Positions 11,580 to 24,314 of a stretch of DNA of 64,000 nucleotides are shown here, piece after piece (the stretch's first letter is position 1; every line of letters begins with the position of its first letter). Origin of the DNA: Heptranchias perlo (lineage: Eukaryota); NCBI RefSeq assembly GCF_035084215.1, contig NC_090328.1, positions 5,642,001-5,706,000 on the forward strand. Direction: 5' to 3'. Position numbers and translations under genes: made by a program. Under the pieces are notes generated by a model. The model was not told where the DNA came from and searched no databases. It saw nothing but the letters and a program-made list of their open reading frames with translations.

Positions 11580-11926
11580 TTCAAATAAAATTGCTGGACT
11601 ATAACTTGGTGTTGTAAAATTGTTTACAACTATTAAAGGGAGTGTCACTTCCAGGAACCCTCGTTGAGGGTTCAAAGGGCATTCGAAACTGCTTGTCCAT
11701 ACCGTTAAGCTGCTCAAACCAACGGGAGAACATGTCCTTACAACTTCGAGCCCGAGCTCTACTCTGTCGGAGATTGAGGTGGAGATGCCGGTGATGGACT
11801 GGGGTGGACAAATGTAAGGAATCTTACAACACCAGGTTATAACATCTGTTGGAGATTGGCTGCAGTCCATTCTGCAGTCAGCCCCCATACAACACTCTTG
11901 GAAACCCAATATCTCCCTCCCATTTG

Positions 11927-12425
11927 CAACAACAACAACCTGCATTTATATAGCGCCTTTAACGTAGTAAAACATCCCAAGGCGTTTCATAGGAGCGATT
12001 ATCAAACAAAATTGAACACCAAGCCACATAAGGAGACATTAGGACAGGTGACCAAAAGCTTGGTCAAAGAGGTAGATTTTAAGGAGCGTCTTAAAGGAGG
12101 AGAAAGAGAGGAAGAGAGGTGGAGAGGTTTAGGGAGGGAATTCCAGAGCTTAGGGCCTAGGCAGCTGAAGGCACGGCCGCCAATGGTGGGGCGAAGAAAA
12201 CCAGGGATGCGCGAGAGACAAGAACTGGAGGAGCGCAGAGATCTCGGAGGGTTGTAGGGCTGGAGGAGGTTACAGAGGCAGGGAGGGGGCGAGGCCATGG
12301 ATGGATTTGAAAACCAGGATAAGAATTTTAAAATCGAGGCGTTCCCGGACCGGGAGCCAATGTAGGTCAGCGAGTGACAGGGGGTGATGGGTGAACGGGA
12401 CTTGGTGCGAGTTAGGATACGGGCA
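11927..12425 (-). mobile_element. L2-clade LINE 3' fragment
   Basis: Same family as 5447-6105 (LHWLPV, GGRAFSCLGPKLWNSLP, tail GCAGGTTGTTGTTG). Confidence 0.9.
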
Positions 12426-12562
12426 GTGTCCAACATGTGCCCAATGCTCCTCCATCAGCCAATAACACTGGAGTGTTTATCATATGAAGATACGTGCAGA
12501 GGGGAGGGAGTCAATGGTGAAACAATATAAACACATCTATAACCGGTCACCTGTCTACACTG

Positions 12563-12735
12563 CACTGCCTGAAAGCAGATTCAATAGTAACTTTCAATAG
12601 GGAACTGGATAAAGACTGTAAAAGGAAAACAATTGCAGGGCTATGGGGAAAGAGCAGGAGAGTGGGACTAATTGGATATCTCTTTCAAAGAGCCAGCACA
12701 GGCACGATGGGCCGAATGGCCTCCTTCTGTGCTAC
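12563..12735 (+). mobile_element. Short CR1 3' end
   Basis: GGGCTATGGGGAAAGAGCAGG...GGGCCGAATGGCCTCCTTCTGTGCT, matching the other CR1 3' UTRs. Confidence 0.75.
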
Positions 12736-13342
12736 CCTAGTGCAGTGTGTTATAACTCAGGGTTAATGATGCCTCTCCATTCTGTCTATATCCTGGTGCA
12801 GTGTGTTATATTTTATGGTTTAATAAAACACAGCCAATTTTTTTTTTAAAAAGAGGCATGCAACATTCCTTCTTCCACAGAACTGTTGAAATGAACTCAA
12901 ATGACCCCTCTTCTACCTCAGACTGTGGAGCAGATTACAGCTCCGAGTTAATAGGGATTAAATCACAAGTAAATCACCTCTCACAGCCTGCAGTTTATTG
13001 TGTTTCGGTTTAAAGGTTGAGTTTAATGACTTGGTCTTAAAGCAGTAATTAGAATCTCACGACACTGTACCTCAAAAAAGCCAGTCAGCCCCTCCCGGCC
13101 CCTCCCAGTCCCAGTCCCGGCCCCGGCCCATCCCCGGCCGCGGTTCCTCCCCGGCCCTCCCAGTCCCTGTGACGGCCCATCCCGGTCCCTCCCAGCCCTT
13201 TCAAGTCCCAGTGGAGGTGTTTAGCTGCTCTGTGCTCCACACATTCCTGTGTTGAAAGTTAAGGGTCCATGTTGGGTATCCCTGCCTCATCCCCCTGTGC
13301 GCGCACTCGATGATCAAGTGGGTGGGTCAGGGGGAGCTCTAA

Positions 13343-13812
13343 TACAACAACAAGAACAACAACTTGCATTTATATAGCGCCTTTAACGTAGTAAAACGTC
13401 CCAAGGTGCTTCACAGGAACGATTATCAAGTAAAATTTAACACCGAGCCACATAAGGAGATATTAGGACAGGTGACCAAAAGCTTGGACAAAGAGGTAGG
13501 TTTTAAGGACTGTCTTTAAGGAGGAGAGAGGGGTAGAGAGGTGGAGAAGTTAAGGGAGGGAATTCCAGAGCTTAGGGTCCAGGCAGCTGAAGGCACGGCC
13601 ACCAATGGTGGAATGATGAAAATCGGGGATGCGCAAGAGGCCAGAACTGGAGGAGCGCAGAGATCTCGGAGGGTTGGAGGGCTGGAGGAGGTTACAGAGA
13701 TAGGGAGGGGGGAGGGCCACGGAGGGATTTGAAAACAAGGATGAGAATTTTAAAATCGAGGCGTTGCCAGACCGGGAGCCAATGTAGGTCAGCGAGCGAC
13801 AGGGGGTGATGT
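13343..13812 (-). mobile_element. L2-clade LINE 3' fragment
   Basis: Third copy of the same L2 3' end. Confidence 0.9.
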
Positions 13813-14649
13813 GATAGGTGTGGGTAACGCAAGAGAGAGAGAGGGGGAAAGAATTGTTTTCCGAAGCAAAGGGCTGGAGAGGGTTGGGGGGAGGGTTGGG
13901 GTCATGATCTCATAGGGAACACGGAGTGTGACAGCGTGGAGGTGGAGAGGGTTGACACAAAGTGGGGGAGTGGTGGGCAGTGCTTGAGAAACTATTTTTC
14001 ACAAGCAAATGTCTGCAGGGGTCACAATGGAAAGATTTAGGCCTAGAAATTCGATGGTGCTGCGCCCGGTTATCAGGCGCGTAGCGGGGACCAATGCATC
14101 CAATATGGCGGGAGGAATGGGACGCAGGCCCTCATTGCCTGCAGAAAGTGCACCGTCCGCCATATTGGTGAAGGCAGAAAAAGAGATGTCCTGGGACCGT
14201 GCCTGAAACAGGCGGGAGGCCCCCTGCACGGGCTGGGCGGGGGGTGGAAATGGAGGTAATCTGGTGTCTGGGAGCCTGTGCGAGGTGTGAAATACGACCA
14301 GGAGGAGGCCATTCAGCCCCTCGAGCCGGTTCCACCATTTAACCAGGTCATGGCTGATCTGCACCTTAACTCCATTTACCTGCCCTTGTACTATATAGCA
14401 CGGGTGAGGAAGGGAGACATATCCGTGCTCCCTCCTCATCCCTCCTCCCTCCCCCGTCCCCCTCCCTCCCTCCCCCCCCCCCCCAACTTCCGAGCTGCAC
14501 TCCTATAATATCGAAGTATTGACCAGGAGACGGTCGGAGTCGGTGGGGACGGAGCTGCGGGTGAGGAGAAAGGACGTTGAGAGAGACTTTTTTTTAAACC
14601 CTCGCTCTAGTATGACAGAATCACCACTCAGTGGCACTGAAATAGTGTC

Positions 14650-15085
14650 AGGTGTGGTTCAGTGGGCAGCGCTCTCGCCTCTGAGTCAGACGGTTGTGGG
14701 TTCAAGTCACCACAATATCTTGCTCATAATATCCAGCCTCCTCAGGTAGATGTGAAAGATCCCATGGCCACTATTTCAAAGTAAAAGCAGGGGAGTTCTC
14801 CCTGGTGTCCTGGCCATTGAAGTACTCCTGAACTGTAGTCACTGCCAGAAACATAGCAGCTAATTTGCACACAGCAAGCTCCCACAAACAGCAATGTGAT
14901 AATAGAAAATAGGAGCAGAGTTGGCCCTTTGGGCCCGCTCCGCCATTCAAATGATGACCAGGTAATCTGTTTTTAACGATGTTGGTTGAGGGATAAACAC
15001 CGGGGAGAACTCTTCGAAACACTGGCCGTGGGAACTTTTACATCCACCTGAAAGGGCAGACGGGGCCTTGGTTTAACGTCTCTTC
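14650..15085. mobile_element. Rearranged Deu-SINE pieces (plus-strand head, then minus-strand body)
   Basis: TGGTTCAGTGG...GGTTCAAGTC head at about 14655-14710; reverse-oriented body pieces at 14820-15085. Confidence 0.6.
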
Positions 15086-15218
15086 CGGGAGGCCTGATTC
15101 AGCCTTTTCCCCGGTCGTCTGCATCAGGTGTGCGAGAGCAGGCAGCTCCCAGGGTAATCTGATCAGATCCGTGCTCTGGTGGAAGCAAATTGACAGCTGA
15201 GGAAATTAACACCAGGAC

Positions 15219-16230
15219 CTGAATTGGTGCCCAGGACGCCAGGCCTGCTTGGTGTGAATTGGTGCCCAGGACGCCAGGCCTGCTTGGTGTGAATTGGTGC
15301 CCAGGACGCCAGGCCTGCTTGGTGTGAATTGGTGCCCAGGACGCCAGGCCTGCCTGGTGTGAATTGGTGCCCAGGACGCCAGGCCTGCCTGGTGTGAATT
15401 GGTGCCCAGGACGCCAGGCTTGCTTGGTGTGAATTGGTGCCCAGGACGCCAGGCCTGCCTGGTGTGAATTGGTGCCCAGGACGCCAGGCTTGCTTGGTGT
15501 GAATTGGTGCCCAGGACGCCAGGCTAGCTTGGTGCGAATTGGTGCCCAGGACGCCAGGCCTGCCTGGTGTGAATTGGTGCCCAGGACGCCAGGCCTGCTT
15601 GGTGTGGATAGGTGCCCAGGACGCCAGGCCTGCCTGGTGTGAATTGGTGCCCAGGACGCCAGGCTTGCTTGGTGTGAATTGGTGCCCAGGACGCCAGGCT
15701 TGCTTGGTGTGAATTGGTGCCCAGGACGCCAGGCCTGCCTGGTGTGAATTGGTGCCCAGGACGCCAGGCTTGCTTGGTGTGAATTGGTGCCCAGGACGCC
15801 AGGCCTGCCTGGTGTGAATTGGTGCCCAGGACGCCAGGCCTGCCTGGTGTGAATTGGTGCCCAGGACGCCAGGCTTGCTTGGTGTGAATTGGTGCCCAGG
15901 ACGCCAGGCCTGCCTGGTGTGAAATGGTGCCCAGGACGCCAGGCCTGCCTGGTGTGAATTGGTGCCCAGGACGCCAGGCCTGCCTGGTGTGAAATGGTGC
16001 CCAGGACGCCAGGCTTGCTTGGTGTGAATTGGTGCCCAGGACGCCAGGCCTGCCTGGTGTGAAATGGTGCCCAGGACGCCAGGCCTGCCTGGTGTGAATT
16101 GGTGCCCAGGACGCCAGGCCTGCCTGGTGTGAATTGGTGCCCAGGACGCCAGGCTTGCTTGGTGTGAATTGGTGCCCAGGACGCCAGGCCTGCTTGGTGT
16201 GAATTGGTGCCCAGGACGCCAGGCCTGCCT
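15219..16230. repeat. 35-bp GC-rich minisatellite, about 29 copies
   Basis: Unit GGTGTGAATTGGTGCCCAGGACGCCAGGCCTGCCT. Confidence 0.98.
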
Positions 16231-16554
16231 GTCAGGGGAACGGTTACTTTGAGCCAAAGGGCACGAGTGACCTGCCTGATTTCGCAGCAAGCATCAAAAC
16301 TAACTAACGCTCTTCCTTACTCTCCCCTCATGGCACCACCCTCATGAAACGATCATCTTTTAAGTTCAGATGTTTCCTCCCCTCTGGAGGCCTCTTCTCT
16401 TAACCAGTACTCTCCCACTTCCTCTCGCTGCTGAGAGCACAGCATATGGGCAGAGGGGAGGGGGGGGGTCACAGATCTCCTAGACTCCAATAGATGCTGC
16501 AGCTGCCTCTCATCAACAGGTGATGGTTAACTTTATACCTGAAGAAGGTGCCAG

Positions 16555-17725
16555 CAGTGGGTAGCACTCTCATCTCTGCGTCAGAAGGTCATGAGTTCAA
16601 GTCCCCCTCCAGAGACGTGAGTACAAATTCTAAGCCGTCACTCCCAGTGCCAGTACTGAGCGAGCACTACACTGTCAGAAGTGCCATCTTTCGGATGAGA
16701 CATTAAACCAAGGCCCTATCTGCCTACTCAGGCTGATATAAAGGATCCCATTGCCGCTATTTTGAAGAAGAGCAGGGGAGATCTCCCTGGTGTCCTGGGC
16801 CAATATTTATCCCTCAATCATTAATAAAAACAGATGATCTGGTCATTTAAGAACATAAGAAATAGGAGCAGGAGTAGGCCAATCGGCCCCTCGAGCCTGC
16901 TTCGCCATTCAATAAGATCATGGCTGATCTGATCCTAACCTCAAATCGAAAAAACACAAGAAGTAGGAGCAGGACCCGGCCACTCAGCCCCTGGGCCCTC
17001 TCCGCCACCCACAGGGCCTTGACCAATCCGAACTCAGCTTCATGTCCAATTTCCTGCCCGCTCCCCATAACCCCTAATTCCCTTTACTTCCAGGAAACTG
17101 TCTTTTTCTGTTTTAAATTTATTTAATGATGTAGCTTCCACAGCTTCCTGGGGCAGCAAATTCCACAGACCTACTACCCTCTGAGTGAAGAAGTTTCTCC
17201 TCATCTCAGTTTTGAAAGAGCAGCCCCTTATTCTAAGATTATGCCCCCTCGTTCTAGTTTCACCCATCCTTGGGAACATCCTTACCGCATCCACCCGATC
17301 AAGCCCCTTCACAATCTTATATGTTTCAATAAGATCGCCTCTCATTCTTCTGAACTCCAATGAGTAGAGTCCCAATCTACTCAACCTCTCCTCATATGTC
17401 CGCCCCCTCATCCCCGGGATTAACCGAGTGAACCTTCTTTGTACTGCCTCGAGAGCAAGTATGTCTTTTCTTAAGTATGGACATCAAAACTGTATGCAGT
17501 ATTCCAGGTGCGGTCTCACCAATACCTTATATAACTGCAGCAATACCTCCCTGTTTTTATATTCTATCCCCCTAGCAATAAAAGCCAACATTCCGTTCCA
17601 CACTGCTGTTTGTGGGACCTTCCTGTGCACAAATTGACTGCCGTGTTTCCTACATTACAATAGTGACGACACTTGGTAAAAGTGCCTCACTGGCTGTAAA
17701 GCGCTTTGGGACTTCCTGAGGTCAC
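16555..17725 (+). mobile_element. Deu-type SINE split by the CR1 at 16847-17596
   Basis: Head with GAGTTCAAGTCC at about 16593; the body breaks at GATCTGGTCATT (16846) and resumes at ACACTGCTGTTTGTGGGA (about 17600). Confidence 0.75.
16847..17596 (-). mobile_element. 5'-truncated CR1
   Basis: Minus-strand YEERLSRLGLYSLEFRRMRGDLIETYK...TRGH...WNLLP; tail (TTCTTATG)n. Confidence 0.92.
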
Positions 17726-18471
17726 GCAGGAGCCAACGTAGGTCAGCAAGCACAGGGGTGATGGGTGAACGGTGACTTGGTGAGAGTCAGGATACGGGCA
17801 GCAGAGGTTTTGGTCGAGAGGCGTGGGCCCCACAAGCCACTCCCCATAAGATCCCCTTTTAATTCTAATCACCCTCGGGGCCACGTGATAAAAGCAGGGT
17901 GAAACCGCCCTGTCACAGGACCCGCAAACATAACAAGCTGTCTCACCTGCCCTTCTCCTCACGAATTGAGAGGTGGGGGGAAAGGTCAAGAGTTAGTCCA
18001 GCACAATGAACCGCTTTGGGACATCCCGAGGTCGTGAAAGATGCCACATAAACGCAAGTTCTTTTAATTTCTTTCTTACTCCAAGAGAATCCACCACACA
18101 GATTTGTTTTGTCAGAGCCTTGGTGATGGACCAAGAGAATCGCTCGAAAATCTTCTATGAAAAATATTTGCAACTCAAATTTTAAAATAAAGGTTTTAAA
18201 CAAAACAAAATACATATTTCACAATAGCATGGCCTTTATTTACCCACCGAATCGTCTTTTGTGCCTCTTTACCACTTTGACTGAGGTTTTGAATTGAAGG
18301 CTGCAGCCTCTTCCCAAAAGTCGGGGATTCGACGGAGTTTTTTTTTTACACTGAGCTCATGGCCACATTCTGAGCAGGTGCAGTCTGCAGAATTTTGCAG
18401 CATGCAATCTGTGCCTCGCTGTGAGTTGATGTCTCTTCATCCTGTGAGGACTTGAGATTTTCTTAGCTTTT

Positions 18472-18780
18472 TAGAATCATACAGTGCAGAATGAGGCCAT
18501 TCGGCCCATCGTGCCTGTGCCTGCTCTTTGAAAGAGCTATTCCAATTAGTCCCATTCCCCTTGCTCTTTCACCAGAGCCCTGCAAATTTTTTCCCTTCAA
18601 GTATTTATCCAATTCCCCTTTGAAAGTTATTATTGAATCTGCTTCCACCACCCTTTCAGGCAGTGCATTCCAGATCATAACAACTCGCTGAGTAAATAAA
18701 CTTCTCCTCATCTGTCTGGTTCTTTTGCCAATTACCTAAAAACTGTCACTGACCCTCCTGCCATTGGAAACAGTTTCTCC
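18472..18780 (-). mobile_element. CR1 3' end
   Basis: FTQRVVMIWNALP...ELDKYL peptide plus 3' UTR. Confidence 0.85.
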
Positions 18781-18838
18781 CCATACCTCAGCTAGACATT
18801 GTACCTTGAATACAGGACAATACCTCAGGTACTCTGGG

Positions 18839-18984
18839 CAGTTACATGGGTAAGATGGGTATAGAGGGATATGGGCCAAGTGCAGGCAATTGGGACTAGC
18901 TTAGTGGTATAAACTGGGCGACATGGACATGTTGGGCCGAAGGGCCTGTTTCCATGTTGTAAACTTCTATGATTCTATGATTCT
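18839..18984 (+). mobile_element. About 145-bp 5'-truncated copy of the young CR1 family at 1-2914
   Basis: Near-identical to 2770-2914, including the tail. Confidence 0.95.
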
Positions 18985-19967
18985 AATACCTCAGGTGGAC
19001 AGGACAGTACCTCAGGTGGACAGGACAGTACCTCAGGTGGACAGGACAGTACCTCAGGTGGACAGGACAGTACCTCAGGTGGACAGGACAGTACCTCAGG
19101 TGGACAGGACAATACCTCAGGTACTCTGGGCAATACCTCAGGTGGACAGGACAGTACCTCAGGTGGACAGGACAGTACCTCAGGTGGACAGGACAATACC
19201 TCAGGTACTCTGGGCAATACCTCAGGTGGACAGGACAGTACCTCAGGTGGACAGGACAGTACCTCAGGTGGACAGGACAATACCTCAGGTACTCTGGGCA
19301 ATACCTCAGGTGGACAGGACAGTACCTCAGGTGGACAGGACAGTACCTCAGGTGGACAGGACAATACCTCAGGTGGACAGGACAATACCTCAGGTGGACA
19401 GGACAATACCTCAGGTACTCTGGGCAATACCTCAGGTGGACAGGACAGTACCTCAGGTGGACAGGACAATACCTCAGGTACTCTGGGCAATACCTCAGGT
19501 GGACAGGACAGTACCTCAGGTGGACAGGACAGTACCTCAGGTGGACAGGACAGTACCTCAGGTGGACAGGACAGTACCTCAGGTGGACAGGACAGTACCT
19601 CAGGTGGACAGGACAGTACCTCAGGTGGACAGGACAATACCTCAGGTGGACAGGACAATACCTCAGGTGGACAGGACAATACCTCAGGTGGACAGGACAA
19701 TACCTCAGGTGGACAGGACAATACCTCAGGTGGACAGGACAATACCTCAGGTGGACAGGACAATACCTCAGGTGGACAGGACAGTACCTCAGGTGGACAG
19801 GACAATACCTCAGGTGGACAGGACAATACCTCAGGTGGACAGGACAATACCTCAGGTGGACAGGACAATACCTCAGGTACTCTGGGCAATACCTCAGGTG
19901 GACAGGACAGTACCTCAGGTGGACAGGACAGTACCTCAGGTGGACAGGACAATACCTCAGGTGGACA
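18985..19967. repeat. 21-bp minisatellite, about 47 copies
   Basis: Unit ATACCTCAGGTGGACAGGACA, with interspersed GTACTCTGGGCA variant units. Confidence 0.98.
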
Positions 19968-20699
19968 ACACCTCATTGGCTGTAAAGAGCTTTGGGACGC
20001 CCTGAGGATGTGAAAAGCATGCTATAAATGCAAGTTTTTTCCTTATCCTGATTATCACAGCATGTCTCGGACACAGATGGACCCTCTGGTGAAGGACAAT
20101 ACTGCAGGTACCAGTCAGCAGATCATATTACTTTAGTATCAGGCAGCCCCTCAGGCAAAGACAATGCCTCAGGTAAATACATAGAAATACGTAGAACTTC
20201 CGACAGCAAAGCAGGCCATTCGGTCCAACCAGTCCGTGTTGGTGTTTCCCCTCCACGCAAGCAATGGTCCCCATCACATTTACCCGCCCTGTTCCCATAT
20301 CCCTGTCCCTTCATCCACCTCTCCAGTCTAATCTTTTCCTTTTTTTTCATCTAAATGAGGAAACCGCCTCTCCCCGAGTTGTTATAGGTGCTGCGAGAGG
20401 GGCTTCCTCGTTGAATTAAATGAATGAGAAACTGTCTCTCTAGACAGAAAGGAGAGAGAGCGAGAGGGGGAAGGGGAGGAGGGAGGCTGTAGGGGTGGGC
20501 TGCTGCAGAAGGAGGTGGAAGTGGGGTGGGGCTGCACCTCTAAAAGGTGATTCTTGCTGGTGGGTGCTACTGTTGCTGGTATTCTGCTTAAGTGGGTGGG
20601 TGGGTGGGTAGGAGGGGAGAAAATGGTGACATAGTTTCTGCTTAAGCAACAAACTCTGGAAGTGAATTCTACAACTTAAACTGTGTGTGTGAAGAAGTT

Positions 20700-21245
20700 T
20701 CTGCCCTCTGAGTGCACAGCTCTGGTCTCCATATCATAGAAAGGATATAGAGGCACTGGAGAAGATGCAAAAAAAATGTATTAGGATGATCGCCGAATTG
20801 AGAGGTTATAACTATCAGGAAAGGCTGGAACTCTCTAGAAAGGAGAAGGCTGAGGGGGTGACCTGAAGGAGGTTTTTAAGATAATGATGGTGTTCGATAG
20901 GGTAGACGTGGAGAAAATGTTTCCACTTGTGGGGGAGACCAAAACTAGGGGCCATAAATCTAAGATAGTCACTAATAAATCCAATCGGGAATTCAGGAGA
21001 AACTTCTTCACCCAGAGAGTGGTGAGAATGTGGAACTCGCTCCCACAAGGAGCAGTTGAGGCGAATAGAATAGATGCATTTAAGGGGAAGTTGGATAAAC
21101 ACATAAGGGAGAAAGGAATAGAAGGATATGCTGATAGGGTGAGATGAAGTAGGGAGGGAGGAGGCTCGTGTGGAGCATAAACGCCGGCATAGACCAGTTG
21201 GGCTGAATGGCCTGTTTCTGTGCTGTAGTTTCGATGTAACTCTGC
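20700..21245 (+). mobile_element. Decayed CR1 3' portion
   Basis: MFPLVGETKTRGH..FRRNFFTQRVVRMWNSLP peptide and 3' UTR. Confidence 0.85.
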
Positions 21246-21384
21246 TCTAAATCTCTTACATTTAATCTTGTATCTATGGCCCCCTTGTTCTTGACCCCTC
21301 AACTACTGGAACCAGTTTGCTATTATCTACCCCGTCCCATCATTTTAAACACTTCTATTATATTTCCCCGTAATCCGTATTGTT

Positions 21385-22075
21385 CTAGAAACATAGGAGC
21401 AGGAGTAGGCCATTCAGCCCCTTAGGTCTGTTCCATGACATCGTGGCTGATGTGAACCTCAACTCCATTTACCCACTCTTGATCCGTATCCCTCGATACC
21501 CTTACCCAACAAAAATCAATCGATCTCAGTCTTGAACACTTCCAATTGACCCCCAGCGTCCACAGCCTTTTGTGGGAGTGAGTTCCAGATTTCCACTCCC
21601 CTTTGTGTGAAAAAGTGCTTCCTGATTTCACTCCTGAACGGCCGAGCTCTGATTTTAAGATTGTGCCCCCTTGTTCTGGACTCCCCCCACCTGAGGAAAT
21701 GGCTTCTCTGTATCTACCCTATCGAATCCCTTAATCATTGTAGACACCTCAATTCGATCACCCTTCAACCTTCTAAACTCAAGGGAATACAAGCCAGGTT
21801 TATGCAGCCTGTCCTGATAACTTAACTCTTTAAGACCTTGTATCATTCTGGTGAATCTTCTAAAGCCAATTTATCCTTCCTGAGGTGCGATGCCCAGAAC
21901 TGAATGCAGTCTCTCTAAATGGGGTCTGACCAAGGCTCTGTGCAACTGAAGCAACACCTCCTCGCTTTTGTTTTCCAAACCCACTTGAGATAAAGGCCAA
22001 CATTCTATTAGCCTTTTTGATTAGTTTTTGTACCTGTGCACCAGCTTTTAGTGATTTGTCCACCTCGACACCCGA
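21385..22075 (-). mobile_element. Decayed CR1 3' portion
   Basis: IKKANRMLAFI and LYSLEFRRLKGD peptides; UTR tail at about 21390. Confidence 0.85.
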
Positions 22076-22621
22076 ATCCCATTCCTCCTCCACAATAAGA
22101 CCCAATTATCTTCCTTCATTATTTGTATTTCCTCATACCAGGCAGCATCCCAGTGAATCTGTGCTGTACCATCACTAAAGCCTCAATATCCTTCCTATAG
22201 TGTGGTGCACACGGTCCTCCAACTGAGGTCTTATTAAGGATTAATATCAGATCATCATTACCTCTTGGATTTTATATTCTATGCCTCTGAGATAAAACTT
22301 AGAATTCTATGAGCAATTTTTACCACTTTATCGACCTGAGGTGCTGCCTTTAATGTCCTGTGAAGCCCCAAATCCCTCTGCTCTTCCCCAGCACTGAGCC
22401 GACTCCCATTCAGTGTATAATTAATGCCGTCATCCCCTCACATTTACTGACACTCAATTCCATCTCCCTCTTTTTAACCCCATCTTATCAATATCCCTTT
22501 ACTGCTTCCTTTAGTCTTCTAAAGAATTATCTACACTTACGATTTTGGTGTCATCTGAGCAGAGACCCCCTCAGGTAGCAGAGACCCCCTCAGGTATGGA
22601 CAGAACCTCGGGTACATGCAG

Positions 22622-23064
22622 AATTTGCAAGGATGTTGCTAGGACTGGAGAATTTTAGCTATGAGGAAAGATTGGATAGGCTGGGGTTGTTTTCCTTGGA
22701 ACAGAGGAGGCAGAGGGGAGATTTAACTGGGATATATAAAATTATGAGGGGCCTAGATAGAGTGGATAGGAAGGACCTATTCCCCTTAGCAGAGGGGTCA
22801 ATGATCAGGGGACATAGGTTTAAAGAAATCTTTTCACCCAGAGGGTGGTGGGGGTCTGGAACTCACTGCCTGAAAGGGTGGTAGAGGCAGAAACCCTCAA
22901 CTCATTTAAAAAGTACCTGGATGTGCTCCTGAAGTGCCGAAACCTACAGGGCTATGGACCAAGTGCTGGGAAATGGGATTAAGCTGGATAGCTCTTTTTC
23001 GGCCGGCACGGACACGATGGGCCGAATGGCCTCCTTCTGTGTCGTAAATTTCTATGATTCTATG
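22622..23064 (+). mobile_element. CR1 3' portion
   Basis: YEERLDRLGLFSLEQRR peptide; tail TTCTATGATTCTATG. Confidence 0.88.
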
Positions 23065-23090
23065 TATGGGCACAACCTCAGGTAACAGAG

Positions 23091-24051
23091 AGTGTCTCGG
23101 GGATTAGACAGTGGGGATCAGACTGTGTCTCGGGGATCAGACAGGGTGTCTCAGGGATCAGACAGTGGGGATCAGACTGTGTCTCGGGGATCAGACAGTG
23201 GGGATCAGACTGTGTCTTGGGGATCAGACAGTGGGGATCAGACTGTGTCTCGGGGATCAGACAGTGTCTCGGGGATCAGACAGTGGGGATCAGACTGTGT
23301 CTTGGGGATCAGACAGTGGGGATCAGACAGGGTGTCTCGGGGATCAGACAGTGTCTCGGGGATCACACAGTGGGGATCAGACAGGGGGGATCAGACAGGG
23401 TGTCTCGGGGATCATACAGGGTGTCTCGGGGATCAGACAGTGGGGATCAGACAGTGTCTCGGGTATCAGACAGTGGGGATCAGTGTCTCAGGGATCAGAC
23501 AGTGGGGATCAGACTGTGTTTCGGGGATCAGACAGTGTCTCGGGGATCAAACAGGGTGTCTCGGGTATCAGACAGTGGGGATCAGACAGGGTGTCTCGGG
23601 GATCATACAGGGTGTCTCGGGTATCAGACAGTGGGGATCAGACAGTGTCTCAGGGATCAGACAGTGGGATTCAGACTGTGTTTCGGGGATCAGACTGTGT
23701 TTCGGGGATCAGACAATGTCTCGGGGATCAAACAGTCGGGATCAGACAGTGTCTCAGGGATCAGACAGTGGGGATCAGACTGTGTTTCGGGGATCAGACA
23801 GGGTGTCTCGGGGATCAGACAGGGTGTCTCGGGGATCAGACAGTGTCTCGGAGATCAGACAGTGTGTCTCGGGGATCAGACAGTGTCTCGGGGATCAGAC
23901 AGGGTGTCTCGGGGATCAGACAGGGTGTCTCGGGGATCAGACAGGGTGTCTCGGGGATCAGACAGGGTGTCTCGGGGGTCAGACAGGGTGTCTCGGGGAT
24001 CAGACAGGGTGTCTCGGGGGTCAGACAGGGTGTCTCGGGGGTCAGACAGTG
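23091..24051. repeat. Compound minisatellite (13-21 bp units built on GGGGATCAGACA)
   Basis: Units GGGGATCAGACAGGGTGTCTC and GGGGATCAGACAGT; the array ends about 45 bp from the TESK1 exon donor. Confidence 0.96.
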
Positions 24052-24095
24052 CCTCTTACCGGACACCTGTTATCGGCAGAGTCACAACCTCGTAC

Positions 24096-24314
24096 CTTGA
24101 ACACCTCGGAGAAGAAGCCGGAGCCGATTTTCTCGCAGTAGAAGTCGTCGATCCTGGCCAAGGTGGAGACGGCGCTGCGGAGCGCCCTGTACGAGGAGGG
24201 TCGGAGGCGGCTGCAGCCGGGCATGGAGCCGAGCACCGGGGCCGAGTACGGTCCAGGGTCTGGTATCAGGACATCGCTGGACAGGTCCAGCCTGAGCGTG
24301 GATCCTCTCGCCAT
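24096..24314 (-). CDS. TESK1: Dual-specificity testis-specific protein kinase 1, first coding exon (73 codons)
   Basis: Encodes [36 protein letters not shown], matching the TESK1 N-terminus and Gly-rich loop. ATG in good context (GAGATGG); phase-0 donor AAG|GTACGA at 24096/24095. TESK2 is not fully excluded from one exon. Confidence 0.88.
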
